Part shown: positions 32,840 to 40,461 of the stretch, one piece after another
Numbering within the stretch: the first letter of the stretch is position 1
Layout of the letters: each line of letters begins with the position of its first letter
Assembly (NCBI GenBank): GCA_009602735.1
Contig: WELA01003142.1
Location: forward strand, 1 to 40,461
Reading direction: 5' to 3'
Origin: Mesotaenium endlicherianum
Taxonomy: Eukaryota
DNA: 40,461 nucleotides
Made by a program: the position numbers and the translations under genes
The notes under the pieces: model-generated
What the model was told of the DNA's origin: nothing
What the model saw: the letters and a program-made list of their open reading frames with translations, nothing else
Databases searched by the model: none

Positions 32840-35800
32840 TGATTTTGCGCGTGCTCACAGAGGGATTGCCGCTCGAGTTGACGTGGCCTGTGACGTTGCA
32901 GCGCAGAAACACAAACCCCGAGGCCTCCTGCGGGCCGCTGCGCAGGTGCGCTGTGACCGACGCGTATGTGTACGCCGGCGTCGGCAGCGCCCGCAGCAGG
33001 CACTCCTGCCCACCCCATTCCACACCCACACCCACCCACACAGGCACATGCCGGCACGCGCACCCGCTTCCCGCATTGCGTCAGGAGCGTGGCCAGACAT
33101 GACGCGCATTGCGCCGGGGAGCAACCTCGCCCATTTGTACTGAGAGCAGGTGTAAGTAAGGGCAGGAGGAGGCCAGGAAGCGCAGTCAAGCAAGCAGCTG
33201 CTCCCGGTTTCCAGTTGCACAAATTACGGTACCCTACTCGCCTGCACTGTGTCACAGGCTCAAGCTGCCCTGTACTTGCTGTGTGTAGTGCGCCACAGCA
33301 TATCCCACACTTGCATGTCAAGCACTGCATGAACGTGCATACAGGAGGATAAGAACGTGCCTGCGTACATGCCGAAAGAAGAAGAATGAACCATAGAAGG
33401 ACGAAAACACAGAACACAGGATTTTACATAGAGTGTACAAGGATGGTGTGTGCACGCGGAGACACACACATACACACATACACACACATATACACACGGG
33501 CGCGAGCGCGCGCATATAGGCACACACACAACCATGCACACCGCCCTAAGACAAGAAGGGAGGGCCTCGGGCACTCTCACCTCGTAGATGGACGTGCCGT
33601 TGCCAAAGACGAAGTCCACGGTGCCCTCAATGTAGCAGCTGCGGAAGTAGTGCCGCCCCTGCCCCATCAGCACCAAGCACAGCCCCACACTCCTCCCAGG
33701 GGTCAACAACCACCTCCCTCCAGCCCCGTAACGTCTCACTAACTGACATTTGGTTCTGCAGCCCCCAGCATCAGCCACATCAGCCCCTTCTCACACCCAG
33801 CCTCTCGCCTGATGGAACGCACAGCAGGCATGCCTTGGAGTGACTGGTGCGAGGGCGTGAGGGCAGGCACGGTTGCAGAAGAAGGGAGGGGAGGAGGGAA
33901 GAGGAAACGGGAGGCCAGGGAACAGGGGGCAAGGGGGGAGGGGGGACGAGGCGATGCGAAGGGAGGGGAGGGGAGGGGAGGGGAGGGGAGGGGAGGCACC
34001 ATGTGGTCGCAGAGGGTGTCTTGGAAGCCGACAAAGCGGCAGTTGTAGAAGGCAGCGAAGTCGTTGGAGATACGAATGGCCGAGCCCTGCCCCCCGTCCA
34101 GGCTGTAGTTGGGCGCCGGCGAGTCGTTCTGCCCCGTGAAGTAACACAGCGGGAGAGGGCAAGAGGTGAATGGGAGAAAGAAGGGGAGAGGAGGATGCAA
34201 GCGCGACCCTGTCGTGGCGGAGCCAGCACAGACACACACAACCACGCCGACGCATGTGCTCTCGCGCACGCATATGCGCCACCGCGTTATCACAGCTTCT
34301 GAGGGAGACTTACTGGCCGCTCATGTATCCGGGTGGCAAAAATACCCAACACGTATAAGAGAGGGTTACAGAGAGGGAGAAAGAGAACGAGAGGAAGAGA
34401 GCGGGGCGGGAGCAAGAGGGAGGGAAGGACGGAGGGATGGTGCGGGTAGGGGGNNNNNNNNNNNNNNNNNNNNNNNNNNNNNNNNNNNNNNNNNNNNNNN
34501 NNNNNNNNNNNNNNNNNNNNNNNNNNNNNNNNNNNNNNNNNNNNNNNNNNNNNNNNNNNNNNNNNNNNNNNNNNNNNNNNNNNNNNNNNNNNNNNNNNNN
34601 NNNNNNNNNNNNNNNNNNNNNNNNNNNNNNNNNNNNNNNNNNNNNNNNNNNGGACGGGGGGAGGGGGAGGACACAGGGAGAGGGGAAGATAAGGAGGGGG
34701 TAAGGAGGAGGGTGAGGGGGACGGGAAGGAGGGAGAGGCGGCGGTGAAGTGCTGGCAAGGGTCAGTGACAGCTGGTGCCTCTGGTGCCTCGTCACGGCCA
34801 CATGCATACGTACGAGCATCAGGGCACCCCCGTGGGCCCGCTTAGTGTGACTGTGGAGAGCAAGCAGCACACTGCGGCTGCTACCCTTTCTGCAGTGCAG
34901 CAACCCCCGCCACCTGTGCGCCACACACCAGCACCGTGCACGGCCCCTGTGCGTCACAGGTGTATTACAGGTGGCAGCACCCCTTCGCCTCTCACGTCTC
35001 CGCCAGCCAGGAAGGACTTCCTGATCCGACCGCACTCAGGCAACGCTGTTGCTGCCTTGCTGCTTGCGAAGGGTGCGGGCGGCAGGATAACCGGGCGGCA
35101 TGCCACCTGGCGCAGTCGCTGTGCGGGCGACCCCCCTGCGTCGGCTACGACGTGCGAGCCCCCGCAGTGGTGCGTGCGCTGCTGGATGGATGGGTGCTGG
35201 ACAGGGTGAGTAGACCGGTGATCAACAATCAACAATCAACAATCAGCCAGGAGCGGGCACCTGGGCTTCCCCGCACTCTCAATGCCCCACGCACGGTATC
35301 TTTGACAGTACATGAAATGTTACCCTTTTCTTCCCCCCCACCTTCCTCTGCTTGCCTGACGCCACTCTCCGTATACCGAGGCCCGCCACTCAGCAGTTGC
35401 TGTATCATCCATTTATTTAGTCGAGAGAAGTTCTTTCTCCCAAACGGTCCACGATGCCCGAAAACCCGGGCAATTCCTCGTCCGTCGCCTCGGCAGAGTT
35501 CGGCAGGACCCACCCCCCCACCAGTTAGGAAATTCTACGAACGCAGAGTCACTCCACAGAGTGTGTGGAACCCCCTGTCCAAGTGCCCGCCTGTTCATGT
35601 CACGTGCACGATCCCACTCCTCTTTGTTGTGTCGGAAGGAGGGAGGGGAAGGGCTGCGTCCATGCGCACATGCATGCATCTGCAGGGGGGCTTGGGCGCG
35701 CGCACTCGCATGCACGCACCTGTAGACGCCGGGCTTGATGAGGATGACGTGGCGCTCGCCGCTGTCAGGGTGCCAGTCGTTGTAGTCGGGCACCGCGTCC

Positions 35801-37155
35801 ACGGCCGCCTGGATGGTGGTGAAGTCGCCGCTGCCGTCCTGCGCCACCACGAGGTCGGGCGGCGAGAAGCGCCAGCCACTCACGTTGCCCGTCACATACG
35901 ACTCGCTGCCCACCGCGTACGTGTTCTGCACCTGCACGCACGCACGCAGACATGCGAATAAGCACACTTGCAGACACGTACTCACGTACGCATGCTCGCC
36001 GTGTCATAGGACTGCCTTTGGAAGCCAACAAGCAGTTGCCATGTCGCACATCATACACTGTACAGCTGGCAGGCAACCCCCCACTTGCGCAGGCGGGCAG
36101 GTGGGCGGGCAGGCAGGCCAGTGGATGTGTGCTCAGAGAGGTCAAATTCACTTTGCCGCACCACATTAACCATGTGACTCCCCCTGCCCCACCACCCCCG
36201 ACAACCCTTTACCCCCTACCTATACCCCAGCATAAATCATGCCCTGATTGACTTGCATCTTGCTTCCAAACATGACCTGCTGCTCAGCACTAGGCAGCTT
36301 GCCCGATTTGACAAGTGGCAGCGGGCAAGCAGGAGGAAGGTGGGTGCAACAGGTGGCGGCGCGAAGCACCGACCGAGCTGATCCAGGAGGAGAAGTCGTC
36401 GCTGCTGCTGGTGCTGCACTCATTGGTGGCTCCGGGGGATCCGCAGGGGGGCCCGCTGCCCTGGGCTGCACCGCAAAAGGATCAGGCACAGATTGTTGGC
36501 AGAGAGCCTTGCACTTGCAGGACAGTGGGACTGGGCGTCCTGGCTGTAGGCTACAGGGGAGCACCTGCACTGGGAGAGGTGTGGGGAGGGGCTCAGTTGA
36601 GCTGAGAGGAGAGGCACTGGCCAGCAGAGGCAGGCTGCAAGGGTTTGGAAGGAGGAGGGTCACTTGCCACCTGTCATTTGCTTAGGACGTAAGAACGTGG
36701 GGCGAGCAGTGTATCAACACATCAGGCCTCAGTCCGTAGTATTGACCAGCTAGAATCTGAATGGACAAGGCGTGTGTGTGTGTAGTCGTTGGTGTGGGTG
36801 TCTGTGTGCATGCAATGGTAGGTTAGACTTTCCCCTGTGTTCCCTATCCAATCTGATTAAGATCAGTTAGATGGTTGGAAGGCTCGAGTTGTAATTAGGG
36901 TGGAGGCTCAAGTTGGACCTCGTATCCAATAATGCATCACTAATAGACCCTGCCGGAAATTGCAGGCCGAGAGGTTTTGCAGATCTTTCCCAGAGCTTTC
37001 GAGTAAACAGTGCTGATGTAGGCGCTCTTATGCTACTTACCAATTTGAGCCAGTGCAGCAAGGTAGAAGACAACAGTTGGCGGGATGCCACAGAGTGCCA
37101 CTCTAAATTTCCGTCCTGACAGCTGCCTCTTTCCAGAGACCCCACAGCTCGTCAT
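30828..37155 (-). CDS. Pectin methylesterase (CE8) with C-terminal Pro/Ser-Pro-rich stalk and GPI-signal-like tail; exons 37155-37041, 36465-36374, 35931-35720, [one exon probably in gap 34454-34651], 34128-34000, 33658-33581, 33005-32859, 32453-32319, 31670-30828
   Basis: Motifs [87 protein letters not shown] and GPG...RVPW. Catalytic Asp/Asp/Arg/Trp are retained. The two N-terminal exons (signal-like [12 protein letters not shown]) are inferred from splice phase and are less certain. Confidence 0.9.
32682..32798. other. Assembly gap flanked by poly-G
   Basis: N run between G homopolymers. Confidence 1.
33961..33996. repeat. (GGGGA)n pentanucleotide repeat directly after a PME donor site (CCCCT on the sense strand)
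   Basis: Direct observation. Confidence 0.9.
34454..34651. other. Assembly gap likely hiding the missing PME exon
   Basis: The segment expected between PGVYR and ND(S)PAP (EKV...ITL.G...SAT...F.A..ITF) is not found in the flanking sequence. The flanking phases (2 and 0) require another exon. Confidence 0.8.
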
Positions 37156-37869
37156 CACGTAAAGCTTCCGCACAAGGAGAGTCTGGGCGTCTTCCTCAGC
37201 TGCTCACACCAGGCTTCAAGTAGAAGTATGCGCCATGTTTATAGAGGCGGTCGTGTTCGCGAGCTTGAGAGTCGAGCAGGGTGTCAGACTCGACGGCTTG
37301 GGCCTCCTACCTGAGAGCAGGAAGGAGCAAAAGCCGGATATATGCTTCTCGTGCACTTTTTAATCTCGACTCCAACGTTCAGTAGCAGAATTGGTGGTAA
37401 GACACGACCGGAGTTCACGTCAGGGAAGGAGATCAGAGAGGTGGTGGAGCCTGGAGTGAAGGAATGGCGAGGAATTTATCCGGATTCATCCCCAGCGATC
37501 TAGGCGCCGTAGGGGGCGGCTCGGGCGAGGCTCGGGCAAGTCCGGAATCGGCACTCAGGCATTGTCGGGCATGCTATGTGGGCATGGTGGTGATAACAGT
37601 CGAAACTTTACCCAAAATATATACTATGCATTCCGCCAAACTTGCATGCAAATCGGTCCGCCGAAATCCTTGCTCCATGTGTTATGTACACATATAGAGT
37701 ACATCTTACACGTATGTAGAATCTATACACGTGTTTGGATAATAGTTATATTCTAGTATAAAAGTATATAATTAGTCAACGTCTTCTAGAGCATAATCTT
37801 CTAACGACTACCTGAGGCGAATCCGCCAACGACATCTAGAGTAGAACGCGCCACATTACATTCTAGAAT

Positions 37870-38576
37870 GGGAAAATTATGATTTTGCCCTCCAAAGATC
37901 TAAAATGGAGGCGAAGTACCCTGCAACTTTGAAAGAATATGAAAATGCCCTCACGTTAAGTCTTCCTAGTCACAGTCAGTCCACCTGGCGAATATGAAGT
38001 GGCCGACCTGACACCTCTTTTTTTCCATCTTCTCCTTGCTATTTTTTGCCCCTTCTCCTTGCTGCTCCTTGCAGCTTTCAAAAGTGCGAGCGAAAGGCCA
38101 ATTTGCACTTCAAATTTTAGAAACCGTGAGTAGCACGGCGGATTGATGAGAGGCCCAAGTCTAGGGCTTTGGTTTTATCAGGGTTCGAACATTCTGGTGT
38201 GAAGATCCTGTGGTATATGTGAGGTACAAAACACATGACGATGAACTAAATTGTAGGAAGTATCGCAAATTTGGTGATTCCGGTTGTGAGGAAAGGGTGA
38301 CCGTAAACTCGAAGGATGCCAAGCTGAAAATTTTGAGTTGCAACTTGGCCTTTCACTCGCACTTTCGAAAGCTGCAAGGAGCAGCACGGGGAAGGGGCAT
38401 AAAAACTAGGAAGAAGTTGGGAAAAAAAGAGGTGTCAGGTCAGACACGTCATGTTCGCCAGGTGGACTGACCGTGACTAGGAAGACTTAACGTGAGGGCA
38501 TTTTCATATTCTTTCAAAGTTGCAGGGTACTTTGCCTCCATTTTCGATCTTTGGAGGGTAAAATCATAATTTTCCC
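37870..38576. mobile_element. Non-autonomous Mutator-like (MULE) element, 707 bp, ~250-bp TIRs, 9-bp TSD
   Basis: Termini GGGAAAATTATGATTTTGCCCTCC...GGAGGGTAAAATCATAATTTTCCC. Arms align over ~37870-38120 and ~38325-38576. Flanks TTCTAGAAT (37861-37869) and TTCTAGAAC (38577-38585) match at 8/9. Confidence 0.9.
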
Positions 38577-38752
38577 TTCTAGAACAGCCTAAGTTACACG
38601 ACCGTTAACCTTCTGCCCGCTAAGGACAATGATTACTTAAGTCGTCCAATACAGTTGTACATTCATACGATATTCTACAAATAAATTCTCTTTTCCTTTA
38701 TCGAATCAATCTTCTATCTTCTCGCTTCCCCCATCTAACCGCACCTTAACAC

Positions 38753-38764
38753 TGGTGGAGACGC
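38753..38764 (+). promoter_or_regulatory. Primer binding site, complementary to a tRNA-Ala-type 3' end
   Basis: TGGTGGAGACGC is the reverse complement of GCGTCTCCACCA and lies 1 nt after the LTR-terminal CA. Confidence 0.65.
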
Positions 38765-39661
38765 TAGTCTCGATTCCCTCCCTCTCGAGCGTGATCCGCT
38801 CTCATTTCCCTTATTTCATTTCACGATGTTAGGTTGAAGCCTGATACGCTCTCCTTGTTCTTTTCTCTTAGCTTTGAAGTTGATCGCTTCATTGGCATTT
38901 TGCACTTTTATCACTCAGTATCTCGGGCGTAAGGTTATTTTCCTCATATTCTGCTGTGAGCGAGTTAAAGCACCTTATTTTCCTTCGCTCTTTGGGGCTA
39001 ATCGCTCCCTTGGCATTTTGCGCTTGACGCTCACTAGTCTTTTTCCCAATCTCGGGTTTAAGCTACTTTGTCTCATTTTACGCTGTGAAGCTGATTCGCT
39101 CCTTCGCCTTTGGCACGGGCATATCCGCTCGTATCTTTCATTTTATGCTCTTGAGCTGGTTTAGCTCGTTGTATTCGCTCCCGCTCAGGGGTTTGCATGC
39201 ATGAGCAGTTCGCTCTGCTCGCTTTCGGCCTGATTGTGCTCACTTTTAACTTCACATCTCGGGCTGATAGGCTTGATCTCGGGCTGTTTAGCCGTCTCAG
39301 ATTTTATGCTCAGTCACACTGACTCACGCTCAATCTCGGGTTGGTTGCGCTTGGATTTAGTCATCCAAGCTCCTAGGCTGCTTGCTTGCATGGCAGTTAC
39401 GTTCTGTTCGCTTCGGGCTGATTACGCTCGCTTTCTTGAGTTCACATTCTCAGGCTGATACGCTCGCTCTCGAGTTCAGATTTTCATTTTCGAGAATCTT
39501 GCTTAGTCCGTTCTCGCTCACGGGTTGCTTATACTCGATTAAGTTTGCTCAGGTTTCTACATGACTTACTTGGGCTGTTTACGCTCAAATCGTCAATCAA
39601 GCTTGCAGGCTGATCTCCTTAGGTGGAGTTTCTCTCGGCCTCATGCGCACTTTACATCTCG

Positions 39662-40461
39662 TGAAAGGGGCAGAGTGCCCTAGTGGAAGCGTAGTGACTC
39701 ACGAGGAAAAGAACTAGTTGCAATCATACTAAAGAGTGCAGCAGCATATCACTAAGGAAGCTTAAGAAAATTACTCAACATTTTGAGTAGCAAGAAACTG
39801 CTCACAAATGGTGTAGGATGAAAGGCCTTGTCATTACAAACCCGTAGAAATTTACAGAATTGAAAACTGATAAGAAACAAAGAAGTTATGCCTATTTATA
39901 ATTTTCTGCCTAAATGCTCCTCTCTAGGAGGAAGCTACGGATTTTCCTAAGTGTTCGTCAAATTGTCCCTTCCAGAATATTTGTGAGTAAGCCAGGTCAG
40001 TCTAATCTCACGTGTCGGGCCAAATTGACGTCCACATACATGCATCGACATTACTAGAATATTCTATCTTAGACGCGCTAGGCTAAACCGAAACTTCTAG
40101 GTAAATCGACCTAGTCGGCACTCCGCGTCAGCCGAACTNTAAGTAGTCGCATAAATAGCTTTCTCCTGCTGGTTGATGACATCAAACTTCTCATGCAACT
40201 TCTCGACAAACTCTACCCACGTAGGGTCACCGAGTTNATTAAGGACAGTCGTCAACCGACCTCAAAACTAATTAAACTTCGAAAATCCATAACTCTCTGA
40301 ATACTTGACCAAATTTGATGAACTTCATATCAAAATGACCAAAAACATGCACTCTACACTACTATACAATTAAAACATACTTTTATGAAACTCAAAAATG
40401 CACTTTATAAACCTATGACCTTACATCATCCCTCTCCTCAAGATGCGACGTCCTCGACGCA
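39662..40461 (-). mobile_element. 3' end of a fourth, reverse-oriented LTR retrotransposon: PPT 40440-40429 and 3' LTR 40425-39662
   Basis: The minus strand reads CGAGGACGTCGCATCTTGAGGAGAGGGATGA-TGTAAGG, a gypsy-like pre-PPT/PPT/LTR junction. TATAAATA occurs at ~39900 on the minus strand. The distal end CCTTTCA matches TGTAAGG at 6/7. An alternative end lies at 39812. Confidence 0.7.

Larger units (their letters stand above)
37680..39661 (+). mobile_element. 5' end of a third LTR retrotransposon: 5' LTR 37680-38751 (about 356 bp net of the Mutator insertion), PBS, repetitive leader
   Basis: TGTTA...TAACA termini, AATAAA at ~38679, and TGGTGGAGACGC one base after the CA. No coding domain within the window. 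Confidence 0.65.

Noticed and set aside
36340..36373. RRHLL, resembling the RRLL processing motif of pro-PMEs
   Set aside because: That frame hits a stop shortly after, and the phase-compatible donor at 36373 lies before it, so the motif is most likely intronic. No PMEI domain is present.
38753..38764. tRNA-Ala gene
   Set aside because: Only 12 nt including CCA complementarity with no cloverleaf; its position after an LTR end fits a PBS.

Overview
Eukaryotic nuclear DNA from the green lineage. Land-plant-type pectin genes combined with GC-rich, microsatellite-laden introns suggest a streptophyte alga or early-diverging plant (inference). Left end (1-9533): two nested Ty3/gypsy LTR retrotransposons. 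The inner one is a chromovirus (RT-RNaseH-integrase-chromodomain) with an unexplained ~558-aa extra sense ORF between pol and its 3' LTR. That ORF has its own branch point/acceptor and is bracketed by a duplicated hairpin+PPT module. The chromovirus is inserted into the polyprotein of an older, decayed gypsy whose integrase ends in a PHD finger and which carries a UAG-CARYYA readthrough-type stop. Middle: four intron-containing host genes. These are a FAM133-like K/R/S-rich protein (+), galacturonokinase (+), succinate dehydrogenase Fe-S subunit SDH2 (-), and a pectin methylesterase fused to an extensin-like Pro-rich stalk with a GPI-like tail (-). Many introns of GALAK and the PME are C-rich after the donor and G/GT-rich before the acceptor, with no polypyrimidine tract. 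Right end (37680-40461): a three-layer TE nest. A 5' LTR with a tRNA-Ala-like PBS contains a long-TIR Mutator-like insertion and is then interrupted by the 3' LTR of a reverse-oriented element. There are three large assembly gaps. All gene models were assembled by hand from splice signals and remembered family motifs; no database search was run.
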